DNA of 63,299 nucleotides, the filler included, from Chiloscyllium plagiosum (taxonomy: Eukaryota): the NCBI RefSeq assembly GCF_004010195.1. It is 8 parts of 8 records of this genome, joined end to end, with 100 filler letters (N's around TTAATTAATTAA, not from the genome) between each part and the next. Parts side by side here need not be neighbours in the genome. Positions count along the whole stretch, not along the records: positions 20,947 to 41,175 come from NW_025214931.1; 7 more parts are not named here. One strand, written 5' to 3'. Shown one piece after another: positions 27,098 through 39,266 of this stretch. The notes beneath the pieces were generated by a model that was not told where the DNA came from, made no database searches, and saw nothing but the letters and a program-made list of their open reading frames with translations. The number at the start of each line of letters is the position of its first letter. Within the stretch, counting starts at the first letter, position 1. Both the position numbers and the translations under genes were made by a program.

Positions 27098-27547
27098 CTG
27101 GACATGGCATTTCTTTGCTCTTGTGTGACCCGCTGTGTTGAACCTCACAGTAGATTTTGCTGGGGCAACCTACCGCTGACTCGGGCAGGGTTAACTGGCT
27201 GCTCAGGTTGTAGGTTCCCTTCTTGTTTCTCACTGAGGGCTAAATCCTCAATCCAGTCGTGATTAGCTCCCCACCTTTCTTCCAGGTTACCTTGGTGACG
27301 TCGGGGGAATAGTCCATCGCCAAGCAACCAAAGATTGCAGAACCGGTGTTGTGCTCCTGACAGGAGAACAGGCCATAAAGCGTGGGGGGCTTCAATCCAG
27401 TCGTGATCAGCTCCCCTCCTTTTTTCCAGGTTACCTTGGTGACGTCAGGGGAATAGTCCATCGCCAAGCAACCAAAGATTGCAGAACCGGTGTTGTGCTC
27501 CTGACAGGAGGAGAACAGGCCATAAAGCGTGGGGGGAGATGGTGTCT
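27098..27547 (-). pseudogene. IGHM: IgM CH1 exon with internal duplication, stop codon and mutated acceptor
   Basis: [52 protein letters not shown] occurs twice, then [48 protein letters not shown]|GTacgt. TAG at 27240-27242; the acceptor reads ttgtCG. Confidence 0.92.
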
Positions 27548-27889
27548 CGACAATAGAATGACCAATTGAGCATGTTAGTTCCTGTTAATTTGACCTTATC
27601 AGTTACTCAAATGTATCCTCAGCTGTAAACGTTTGCGAGTCTGCTCCCGCTGAAGTATACAGCATAACTGGAGTTTATTTTTGTTTCCTACCAGTTGCTG
27701 ATCATGATCAATGGTTCCCACTTTAGAAACATGCTTTCGACCTTGACAATTGCCATATAATTTAGGAAGAAGAACATCCTGATCCCACCCCAGTAACTGT
27801 TTGAAGATCTCACCAACTGACACTTTCACTGGATTGCTGTGAAGAGCAGAGACGTTTCACAAAATACAAACCAACGAAATGCAGATTCA

Positions 27890-28202
27890 TCGAAATTCTA
27901 CAGTGTGTGCAAACAGGCCCATCAAGTCCACACCCACCCTCTGAAAAGTAACGCATCCAGACCCATTCCCCTACCCTATTATGCTGCAGTTTACCGTGAC
28001 TAATGCATCTAACCTCCCAATCACTGAACACAACATTTTCAATTCCCCCAGCTTGCACATCTTTGGACTGTGGGAGGAAACGCACACAGACATAGGGAGA
28101 AAGTGCCAACTCCACACAGACAGTCACCCGAGGCTGGAATGGAACCTGAGTCCCTGGCACTGTGAGGCAGCAGTACTAACCACGGAACCAGCGTGCCGCC
28201 CC
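27890..28202 (-). mobile_element. HE1-like tRNA-derived SINE
   Basis: Reverse complement of ggcggcacg..tggttagtactgctgcctcacag head and the ttcctcccacagtccaaagatgtgc core. Confidence 0.8.
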
Positions 28203-29029
28203 ACTAGGTACCGTGCTACTGGAAATACCTAAGAGCTGGCAGTATCCCCGGAGAGAAAGCAGAGTGAATCATAGAACATCGAACTTTACAGCGCAGTACA
28301 GGCCCTTCGGCCCTCGATGTTGCCCTGCCCTGTATTACTAATCTGAAGCCCATCCCACCTACACTATTCCATGTACGTCCATATGCCTGTCCAATGACGA
28401 TTTAAATGTACTTAAATTTGGTGAATCTATTACCGTTGCTGGCAAAGCATTCCATACCCTTACAACTCAATGAATAAAGAAACTCCCTCGGACATCTGTC
28501 TTATACCTATCTTCCCTCACTTTAAAGTTGTGTCACCCCGTGTTTGCCGTTCCCATACTTGGAAATCAGGCCCAGTGAGCCTTCCTCACTTATCAATGCA
28601 AGGCAGAATGTTCTCTCTGGGTGGAAGGTCACTGCAGCAGCAGCACAGGCAGGAGCTGAGCACTGGGACTGGGAGGATGGCTGTCACGGCTGAACTCATG
28701 CCAACTGCCTGGAAGTTGAAACATCAAATTTACAATTATCTGAATTCTGGAGGCCTCTGCAAAATGGAGGACCATTGAGGTTCAGAGACTTTGGAGTGTT
28801 ACAGATGAGTGTTTACATAAATATGATTTGAGAAATGAAAAAGTAATCTTTAGCTTTAATAACTATCAAACTAACACGCAGTTCACCACCAAACCTCATC
28901 TTTCAGACTAACCACTGCACTTACTCTGTCTAGACCTAAATTTCCACTCACATTGACAAATCCTACCCTGCTATACACCCATTCGTGCCCAAAACCCACA
29001 ACCCCTATCATACGAAACACATCCAAGGC

Positions 29030-29715
29030 AATCCATTTTGGTAGTGTAGCTGAGCAGAGAGATCTCGGTGTCCATGTACATAGATCCCTAAACGTTACCA
29101 GCCAGTTTGATAGAGTTGTTAAGAAGGCATACTTTGTGTTGGCTTTCATCGATAGAGGGACTAAGTTTCAGAACCACGAGGTTCGGCTGCAGCTGTACAA
29201 AACTCTGGTGTGGCCACACTTGGGTGTATTGTGTACTGTTCTGGTCACCACATTATAGAAAGAATGTGGAAGCTTTGGAAGAGTTCAGAGGAGGTTTACC
29301 AGGATGTTGTCTGGTATGGCGGGAAGGTTTAATAAGGAAAGGATGAGGGTCTTGAGGCTGTTTTTCTGTGAGAGAAGAAGGTTGAGAGGTGACTTAATTG
29401 AGGCAAAAAAGATAAACAGAGGGTGGACAGTGAAAGTCTTTTTCCTTGAATAGTGATGGCTAGCAGGAGAGGACATAGATGACTGATGTCAGAGGTTGTT
29501 TCTTTACTCAGAGAGTAGTAGGGCCATGGAACGCACTGCCTGCAACAATAGTACACTCGCCAACTTTAAGGGCATTGAAAAGGTCATTGGATAAACATAT
29601 GGATGAAAATGGAATAGTGTAGGATAGATAGGCTTCAGATTGGTTATGTAGGTCAGCGCAACATCGAGGGCTGAAGGGCCTGTACTGCACCGTAATGTTC
29701 TATATTCTATATTCC
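29030..29715 (+). mobile_element. CR1 LINE 3' end
   Basis: QRDLGVHVHRSL...LQLYKTLVWPHL; ends in a (TATTC)n-like tail. An opposite-strand 3' fragment lies at about 28268-28565. Confidence 0.85.
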
Positions 29716-32700
29716 AGATGGACATTTGATCTCAATTCCTTTCACTCATTTACACGTCTGCCACCTTGCACCTGGCCCATAGAGAATCTGGCCCTGACTG
29801 GACCTGGCACCATCATTTTAACAACCTCTGACAATAGCACACTACCAAAGACATGACCTCAGCCCTTGATCACTGACCTCTCATCTTACCCAAGTCAACC
29901 TGTGCACATTGCATCCGAGCTCCTTTTGCATCTGTGTTTTACAACCTACCATTTTGCCAGACTCCGAGCTTTGCATTTTGACAACACGTCCACCTGTCAC
30001 TTCATTACAGTGACCTTCCACCCCTGAAACATCCTGGCACTCTGCCCACCTCTACACTAACCAGCCTGGCATCCTGCCCACCTCTCCATAAACCAGCATG
30101 GTAAAGACAGACCTCCTGCATTTCAGCTCAAACCACCCCTCACCTACCAAGCACAATTCGAAAAAAATATCCTGTGACCATTACCATTTACCTTTGTGCC
30201 ACCTTGCCAGACAGAGTGCATGCAAGCTTACCCAGCAGCTAGCCAACACCTCACAACCTACCAGGCCAAACTCTCCCACATGCCCAATCTAGCCCCTCAC
30301 TTGCTCACCACCTCCCAACTTTTAGCCTACTCCACCATAAAGTCAGTGAGTCATAAAGTCGTACAGCACAGAAACAGTTCCTTTGGTCCAGCTCATCCAT
30401 GCTGACCAGAGTTCCCAAATTAAACTAATTCCACTTGCTTGCCTTTGGCCCATATCCAACCAGACCTATCCAGTTCCTGTTGCTGTTCAAATGCCTTCTA
30501 AATGTTGGACCTATTTCTCATTTACCACTTCCTCTGGCAGTTCATTCCAATGTTTTGGACAGTTACAACATGAAGCCCTAACTCCTGCACTCAGTACTCT
30601 GACCAATGAAGGTACATATGCCAAACAGCTTCAACACACTAGCTACTTGAGACAACGCTTTCAAGAATCTATGAGTCTGAACCCTCAGGGTCTTCAGTGT
30701 TCAACATCACTACCCAGTGCCTTATTATTAACTCTGTAAGACTCTATGAGTCTGGACCCTCAGGGCCCTGTGTTTAATATCACTATCCAGTGCTCTACCA
30801 TTAACTCTAAGATGTGACCTGATTTGTCTTCTCAAAAAGCAACACGTCGTATTCATTTAAATTAAACTCCATCTGCCACTCCTCAGCCCTTTGGCCCAGC
30901 TGATCAAGATCTCATTGTAGGTTTAGATGACTTTCACTGCCAATTATCGCACCAATGTTGGCGTTACGTGCAAACTTACAAACCATGCCCCATTCAATGT
31001 CTTCATGGCTTTCGACCAATATTGTAGCCTGTTTCCTTTTCTCCCACATATCCGTAGCATTTTTTTAAGTATTGAAGGTATCTATCTCCTTATTGAAATC
31101 ATTTAATGTTTTGTCCTCAATCAATTTCTGTGGTGGAGAATTCCAAAGGTTCACCATTCTTTTGTTGAACAGTAAACAATCAGGTTCAATGTTATCGGTG
31201 TGTTGGGAAGACTGGTGAGCAGCAAAATTAATGATGATCCCATGAATGGAATAGCATTCTCGAGGGGCTGAGGTGCCTTCTTCAGCTTCCATTTTGCATG
31301 CTGACATGTCCCTTCGGCAGCATGTTCCAAAATTGTGATCCTTGAGGATAAGGGCGCACATGCGTGTAAATGCTTCTCCTGAAAGCTTTCCTCCAAATCA
31401 GACTTCAACTTGACTCTCAACTAGTTCCCTGCCCGTTTCCTCTTCCTCAATCACAGCCATGGGGCTCACTTCCTAACAGCGCTGTGAATGTGCTAATACT
31501 ACACAAACTTCAGCAATTCAAATAGGCTGATGAAAACTGGTTTCTCAAGGTGATATTAAAAAGTCTGACACTTCCACACCTGTTTGGAGATTCCAACAAC
31601 CACTGGAAGAATTGAAATTATTTGAGGCACTTGTGTGTCTACATAAGATGACATGGTTTCCTTTTGTGTGATTTGACTGTGTTTACACTGAATGAACAGA
31701 GCTATTTCTTACTCATATAATGGGAATGAAGCTTCCCTCATTTTTAGCAAGGCAATCACACGTTATATTTCTTTATTTCAGGGAAGTATAGTGTTAAATT
31801 AATGAAATATTATGATTGGGATGTTTCAATTGGAAATTGTCAGAGATTTAAAGTTTACTTTCATGAGCAATTAATTCCAGTCTCATTGTGCCACAGTACT
31901 CACAGAAATGGTGTCTCCCTTTGTTATGGGCAGTGGAATCAGTAAATCTGGAATAGTTGTTGCTTGTTAATCAATGGTGTTAAAAAGTTTTAGCCAAAGG
32001 GAGACCTGTGGATTTAGCTCACAGATGCACCATGATCTAAGTAAGTGGTGGAATAGCTCGAGAGGCTGAGGGCCCTCTTCTTGCTCCTACCTTCCTATCA
32101 TTGTGTCATTCATTAAGCTAGCACTGGCGGTGAACACTTTTTATTAAAATATTTCAATAAATTAACTGTTTCGCACATGCTTTAAAGAAAAACTTCTGTT
32201 GATTATTTGGGACGGGATCATTGACATTCTCTATTTGAGTGATCAAAATAACTTCCACCCACTTACAGCAGCCCCACTCTAGAGTGTGTTGTTACTTCAT
32301 AATAGTTTCTTGTGAAAATACAGCTCGAGATTAGGGCGCTCAAATTCAATGATTCTCTGATATTTAATATCTCTGAACATTCGCATTTTGTTCAAATGCA
32401 TCTTTTCTCTGAAGAACGTGTTTAATCGAACAGAACTTTTTTCAATGAAACAACAAACTTTAAATGCTAGAAAACCAAAGTAAAAGATAGAAATTTCTGA
32501 AGAAACTCAGCAAGTCTAGCAGCTCCTGTGGAGAGAAGGCAAGGTTAACCTTTCGCATCCAGAGACCCCCTCTTCACTAAATTGTTTTCATGTTTTTGGC
32601 ACAAGAGCTCAACCTGTTGAGATAAACAGTGATTACGTTGGCTAGCTCAACCTGTTGAGATAAACAGTGATTACGTTGGCTTGACTCCTGTTGGAAAAAA

Positions 32701-33335
32701 GAATTCTTAGCAGAGGTACTGGATGGTCTGAGATAGCAATTGAAGACCAACTGAAAAGCTATTGCCATCTGCTGCAAGTGTTGGATTCAGCGGAACTCCC
32801 ACCGTACTGAACAATAAAATTCAGCCCCAGCACTGGTTTAATAAAAAGTAAAACAGTCTAAGCATAATCTCATCAAATATGCTTTGAAATTGATTCATTC
32901 TGGATTAGTTATAAATGATATTGTTAGAACAGCAAGACAAAAGCTGGGATTTCTTTGAGCACTTACTCCATTAACCCCATCTAGTGATGCCCAAAAGCTT
33001 GTGAATAAATATTGATCTGGGAAAAGCTGCTAACTACCAAAATTCTGTTTAATACCTAAGAGACACAAGTCAGGATAGCGATTGAATAGATTTCGCTGGC
33101 CTGTGTGAGTGGAATTCCAACAAACACCCAAACATTTCAATCTGCTTTCTTGCACTGAAGTAACCTGATAAGAGATGGTGTTACATACCTCTCTAACAGG
33201 TTGTAAGTGAACACAGGCCACCAGGCACAGAATCAGGGACCCTACTACAACTTCACAACAGACCTGAACACAATGAGCTCGGCACTATCACGGAGAACAC
33301 AGCCCACCCCTTCTCCTACTGAACACTCTCTGCTC

Positions 33336-33371
33336 ATTCCTGAAGAAGGGCCTGTGCCCGAAACGTCGAAT
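33336..33371 (+). ncRNA. Minimal type I hammerhead ribozyme (Penelope-like element to about 33465)
   Basis: AUUC-CUGAAGA-A-GGGC-CUGU-GCCC-GAAAC-GUC^GAAU, with perfect stem I (AUUC/GAAU), stem II and complete core. Confidence 0.82.
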
Positions 33372-34615
33372 CTCCTGTTCCCTGGATGCTGCCTGACCTG
33401 CTGTGCTGTTCCAGCAATAAAGTTTCAACTTTGATCTCCAGCATCTGCAGAACTCACTTTCTCCTCTTTTGACAGTACATCAACCATGTTAGTTATTAAC
33501 ACCTTCCATGAACCAGGGATTGTTCCAGAATGTTTGTACAATGAAAGTAACATTTCAACATTTACCAAGAATACTTTGACAGCAGCTCCAAATTGTTCAA
33601 ACTCTATGAGAACTACAGAGGAATAAAACTAGGAATTGCATTGCCATCAAATCACTGTCACTGGATTTCACCCGAGAACTCCTTTCCTCTTTCCCCTGTG
33701 AATGTTGCTGCACCAGACGGTCTACTTAGTTTAAAAAAGATTAAAATGTTTTGAAGTGTAATATGACCTTTGCCAGTGACATTAAAAGCTGATAATAGGT
33801 TTTCAAATAATAAGATGCAAGAAAAAACTGATTCTACATTGTGCCACGAAACATGTCCTGCATAACTGAGGCACAAAGAAAATATACAGCATATTTCCCT
33901 CTGCCTCGCACAATCAAATATCTTTTTTTGCCAACAACCAATTTCAAAACTCTTGCTGACTGCCTTTTGTTCCTGAAACGTTTGTTCTGATTGGAACAAC
34001 TTAGTCAGGGCTCTCAATTCTGAGGCACCTAATCGAATATTGTATTTCTGGCAGATAAAAGTGGTTTTGAAACGCGAGATAAAATTGAACTGTCTGAGAT
34101 TCAGGTATCAGAAGTGGACAATTTACAAATGGTCAGGACCGTTTGACAAGTTAGTCAGAGATAGCACTGAAACAAACTGTACAACAGACTTAATCCTAGA
34201 GGATACATTGCTCAACTCCTCACGTCAAATATATTCACTGTAATTGAACATTCATCAGAGGAACTAACTAGTGGATTAATGTAAACGAGAATGTGTTCAC
34301 AAATACATAAATAACCACTGAGTTCATAAACTTAATAAGTCATTGTATTTAACAAAATTATTGAGGTGGGAAATATCGCCAATTAAAGCACAGATCCGGA
34401 GGAAATGGATTATTCTCTAAATTATTTTTACATATTCTTAAAACGTTCCGTGAACTGTGGAGATTTTGCATGCACTGCATAAAGTCAATATTGCATTCCA
34501 GTGTGGAAAGCATTTCTGTTGAAGGAATTAGGGCAAGGTCATTTTCTAGTTAACTGCTTTTAATGAAAGAAAATGTTTAAAAAGGTATGAATTGAAAACA
34601 TGCTTCTGTCTGGAG

Positions 34616-34935
34616 TTGCCCACTTTAGCGGTTGTCTCAGTAAATGTGGGTACTGCTGCCTCACAGGTCCAGGTACCCAGGCTCGGTTCCAGCCTCGGGT
34701 GACTGCCTATGTGAAGTTTATCCAATGTCCCCTGTGTCTGTGTGGGTTTCCTCCCACAATCCAAAGATGTGCATGTAAGGTGAACTGCTCATGCTATATG
34801 GTCCATAGTGTTAGGTGCATTAGTCAGGGGTAAATATAGGGTAGGAGAATGGGTCTGGCTGGGTTACTCTTCAGAGGGTCGGTGTGGACTTGTTGAGCCA
34901 AATGGCCCGATACATACTGCAGGAAATCTAATCCA
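34616..34935 (+). mobile_element. HE1-like SINE (diverged)
   Basis: actgctgcctcacag, gggtttcctcccacaatccaaagatgtgc, gggtcggtgtggacttgttg. Opposite-strand copies at about 35180-35522 and 36813-37040. Confidence 0.75.
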
Positions 34936-37206
34936 AATGATTGTCACACTACACTAATGTGAGCAGATTCCTTCCGACCGCTACATTGCAATAAATCGGT
35001 CAAGTATATTAATTAAAATAAATATTACTCTTTTTTCCAGTGTCTGAATAAACAATGTGCTCTGTTATCCTCTAGTTCATGTCTTCTGCAAACTTGTGAA
35101 CTCTGCATACGTCTGAACACATAGATGTAAAATGAATTCTCTGCGTTTGCAGCAAGTACTCCCATGGTTTTAAGAATAGAGTTCCTACAATTTGGAAACA
35201 GGCCATTTGGCCCAACAATTCCACACTGACCCTCTGAACAGTGAGTAGCCCACCCAGACCCATTCCCCCTAATTTATATTCACCCCGACTAATGCACCCT
35301 AACCTCCACATCACTGAACACTATGGCTGTGCTAAATTTCACAATCACCTGACCTGCCCAACTTTTGGACTGTGGTAGGAAACCAGAGCCCCCGAAGGAA
35401 ACCCATGCAGACACAGGGAGAATGTGCAAACTTCACACAGGCAGTCACTCGAGGGTGGAATCGAATTTGGGACCCTGGCGTTGTGAGGCAGCAGTGCCAA
35501 CCACTGAGCCACCAAGTTGCCTTGCGAGTTCATGAGTGGATTATTTTAAGTAATTCGAAATTTGGCCTTGGACACATAATTCACTATAGCAGTTGTTTCC
35601 TAAAGAATGACTCTTCAGTTGATATTTTGTAGTCAAATGTAACTATTTATTTAAAATGCACTGATTGGGAACACCTAAAGCACTGTGCAGATTAAATAAT
35701 TCAGTTAATGTTTTATTTTTATCCTGCAAATCCAGTTTAATCAGAGACATAACAATTAATTAACTCAAGTTACGTGTGAAACCGATCAAAGCAGTGAAAC
35801 TGATCTATTCTTCATAGAATTGAGCAGAATTTCCAGATGGTCTTTGCCAATTATCTTTTCCAGCCAGAGAAATATGTATGTAGTGTACAGCGGGATTGAA
35901 AGGTGTTTCCTGATCAATTATAACACAGTCATGGCATTTTTGCTCAAGAGCAAGAACTATTAGAAAATTAGACTTTTGAAATTCTATTTATATTTCTCTA
36001 TGACTTGTAAACTGTTTAAAGACAGACCTTGTGATTGAACTAGATAGTTGAGTTCTGAATTTGGATTGCAAAGCATGGATTAGAAAAATCCTTCATTATT
36101 TATTTTAAGTAAAAATGGCGCCCGAAGGTATCTGTTTTCCCTTCATTTCTAAAACCTTTGCGATTTGCCTTTCACTTAATAATCGGCTTTATGAAATTTC
36201 AACTCGCATGCTGATTGCATTGAATGAGGAACCTGGAGCGGTTCACGTCACCATCAATGTAGAAACCAGAAACGGTTTCCCAAATATAACACATTTAATG
36301 TTACCCAAGCACATTCCCTCCTCAACAGATCAAAGATCACCAGATCACAACACGGTGTGTTTGTAGCAGAACTAGCTCTGCAAAATTTTCAACAGGACCA
36401 AGAACATGATGTTACCTCACAAAGAAAACAAATTGAAGTCTAACAAAGCTATTCAGAATCAAGCAAACTAATGATTAAATTGAATAGAAATAACAAGTGA
36501 TAAAAGCAACCTTGTTTGTGAGGGGACTTAACACTTAAAGCCTTAAAGTTTCCGGCAACAGTTCAATTTATTTCCAACCTGTACACCCTTCTTGATCGTG
36601 ACAATCTTGTGCAGCACACAGTAGACCGGTTGAAGGTATATATTGATTAATTACTTCATGGTCAAAACAAAATTACTGAATGGACAAATATTACCACTTT
36701 ATAATTTTAAGTTAGTTTCAATTGCATAATCTGATCAATTCTGCAGTTTCAGATTTTGGTCCCGAATTTTATTTTGACTGAGGCTACTGAAAACAACATT
36801 CAGTGAGTTTACAATTAGATTAGATTACTTTACAGCGTGGAAATAGGCCCTTCAGCCCAACAAGTACACACCGACCCGCCGAAGCGCACCCACCCAGACC
36901 CATTCCCCTACATTTACCCCTGCACCTAACACTACAGACAATTTAGCGTGGCCAATTCACCTAATCTGCACATTTTTGGAGTGTGGGAGGAAACCGGAGC
37001 ACCCGGAGAAAACCCACGCAGACACGGGGAGAATATGCAAATCATATAAGTTTAACAAATGCAGAAATGATTCATGAGAAACAAAAGAACTTCACAAATA
37101 TTGGTAATGAAAGTAATCCAGAGAGACAATCTCCTCACCAGAAAGAAAACACCAATTACAGAAAGCATGAAAACGCTGATCAATTTCACAAACTGAATAA
37201 GAATTC

Positions 37207-37480
37207 AATCAACTCAATTCAACAGAATCAAGGAAAATAAAATCAGAATCTATTCAACTCAAAACAACATATTTAAATGAAGCATAATCAGAAACCAACC
37301 AATTAAATTCAAAAGAATCAAATAAAACAATTCAAAAAGCCAATCAACACAATTCAACAAAACCAAGTAAAAACAAAGTCAGAATCTAATCAACACAGTT
37401 CAACCGAATCAACTAAAACAAAGCCAAAATCCAATCAACTCCATTCAACAGAATCAAGTAAAACACTCAGAATCTAATCT
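37207..37480. repeat. Degenerate ~45-bp minisatellite, about 6 units, in the JH-CH1 intron
   Basis: Unit resembles AATCAACTCAATTCAACAGAATCAAGNAAAACAAAGTCAGAATCT. Confidence 0.75.
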
Positions 37481-37999
37481 ACAGAATGCAATATAGCACC
37501 GCAAGAAAATTTTCTGACAGTTTCTAACCTGCTTGTCATCAATAAAATTAACAAAATAAATGAGAAAATATAATCAGGGTAAGAACATATATTCAAGAAA
37601 TCAATAATGATATTTTAGCACATTTTAACCATATTTGGTAATATCTCGAACATCTTTGAATTCTTAGCGTTTGTTATCGATAATAAAACTCACAGTCAGG
37701 GTGTCACTGACATTAAACATTATTTATAGCTGACTGATTAAGAGACATTAGGTGTTTCAAGTGACCCAGCCACACAGAATGCCCATCTGATCAAAAAAAG
37801 AGATACTACGAGCAACTGACTCCATCATCCCCATTGTAACTATTTGCTGAGCCTTAACTGAAGTCTGTAATCAGTGTGAACAAAAATCAATCCGAACCAA
37901 ACCAAACTCAACACCGAATCTGAGTTACATTCAATTCAGAAATTAGTCACATGAATAGAAAGTTTTTAAAAAGTCACTAAGAAAGTTCAAAGTTCTTAC

Positions 38000-38047
38000 C
38001 TGAAGTCACTGTCACCATGGTCCCTTGGCCCCAGTAGCCAAGATAGT
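38000..38047 (-). CDS. IGHJ: IgH J segment YLGYWGQGTMVTVTS
   Basis: WGxG motif and donor G|GTAAG. RSS at 38048-38086 reads CACAGTG + 23 + ACAATAACT. Confidence 0.95.
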
Positions 38048-38441
38048 CACAGTGTTACATTCTCTGGACTGGGTCACACAATAACTAGCTCTGCATAAAA
38101 CAAATCAAAAATCTACCATCATTTTAAATTTTCAGAACCACAGGCAAAATAAAGTCACGATAAATCTTCATCACATAATTGCGCTATTGAATTCTGATCA
38201 TTCTTAATAAATTTTAATACTGTTTTATACTTCACATAGTAACACATGAGCTGATTCTCAAAATCCAAAACTGGTCTATCAATAATTACCCAACACTTCT
38301 ACAAATTAAATAGTGATACGGGCATAAAACCCCACAGAACTAATACTGCACTGAAAGGTAAGACGGTTAGTAGAAGTAATCACTGACTAGTTTCAAACAA
38401 TGGAGGCTGAATAGGTTTTTGTATTGATCATAATTGCAATG

Positions 38442-38456
38442 TCACTCCAGCTATAT
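38442..38456 (-). other. IgH D2 segment (ATATAGCTGGAGTGA) with 12/12 RSS; J-proximal heptamer defective
   Basis: V-proximal RSS 38457-38484 CACTGTG+12+TCAAATACT. J-proximal RSS 38414-38441 CATTGCA+12+ACAAAAACC. Confidence 0.85.
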
Positions 38457-38825
38457 CACTGTGAGACACGTTGTGTCAAATACTCTGACTGACTGTAAAC
38501 TGTAAAATGCAGATAATTTCTTCATTTTCTAGAAAGCAGTGATTCAGACTCCTCTAAAAATGATTCGGTGCATTATTTCAGGTTTTACTATTCATTGTAT
38601 TTTGAAAGCTTGGAATACTTTTCCAGGTTTGGTCTGCATTTAACTTGACAATCAACACGAAGAAGGTAGAAACAAATTATACATTTGTACAAACTTGCAC
38701 TACTGGATTGCGTTTAAATTGCATCTCACATTATTTCTCACTCCTGCCATGGTAGAAATCACCAATTTGAGATTAACACTTGTCAGTGGTTATTGGATGA
38801 GGATGTCGCTGTGCACAACACTGTG

Positions 38826-38839
38826 ACCCACTGTAGTAT
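38826..38839 (-). other. IgH D1 segment (ATACTACAGTGGGT) with 12/22 RSS
   Basis: 3' RSS 38788-38825 CACAGTG+22+CCAATAACC. 5' RSS 38840-38867 CACAATT+12+ACACTCATT (degenerate). Fits the shark V23-12D22-12D12-J layout. Confidence 0.87.
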
Positions 38840-39227
38840 CACAATTATGGAGACCAGTACACTCATTCTCTGTTCTTTACTCCAGGTCTCAGTTATCATT
38901 TAAAAGAGCCATTTAGTACTGATCATGTTTAGAATGAATGCCATTGTTGACATACCAATTAGCAGTGATTTCCTGATCTGTCAGATATATTAAAACTAAC
39001 ATTTTGTCCGAGCATTTAATTGATGGAAGTGTTAGCAGTACTTATGACATGCCCAAAACATTGTCCCATTGTGTCACCAGTTTGCTAGTTTAAATGGTAC
39101 ATTTCCTCTGTTATAGTTTTGTAAGAGGCAGCCTGAGGTCTGCTTCAGATTGCAGTTGGTTTAATTGCATTTAAATCTCGTACTGACCGTCAGTTTATGA
39201 TGGAATTGACAAAATGTTCCCTCGAGC

Positions 39228-39266
39228 TGTTTTTGAACGGGTCCAGACCTGGATCCTCTCGCTGTG
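39228..39266 (-). other. 23-RSS of VH
   Basis: CACAGCG + 23 bp + TCAAAAACA. Confidence 0.92.
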
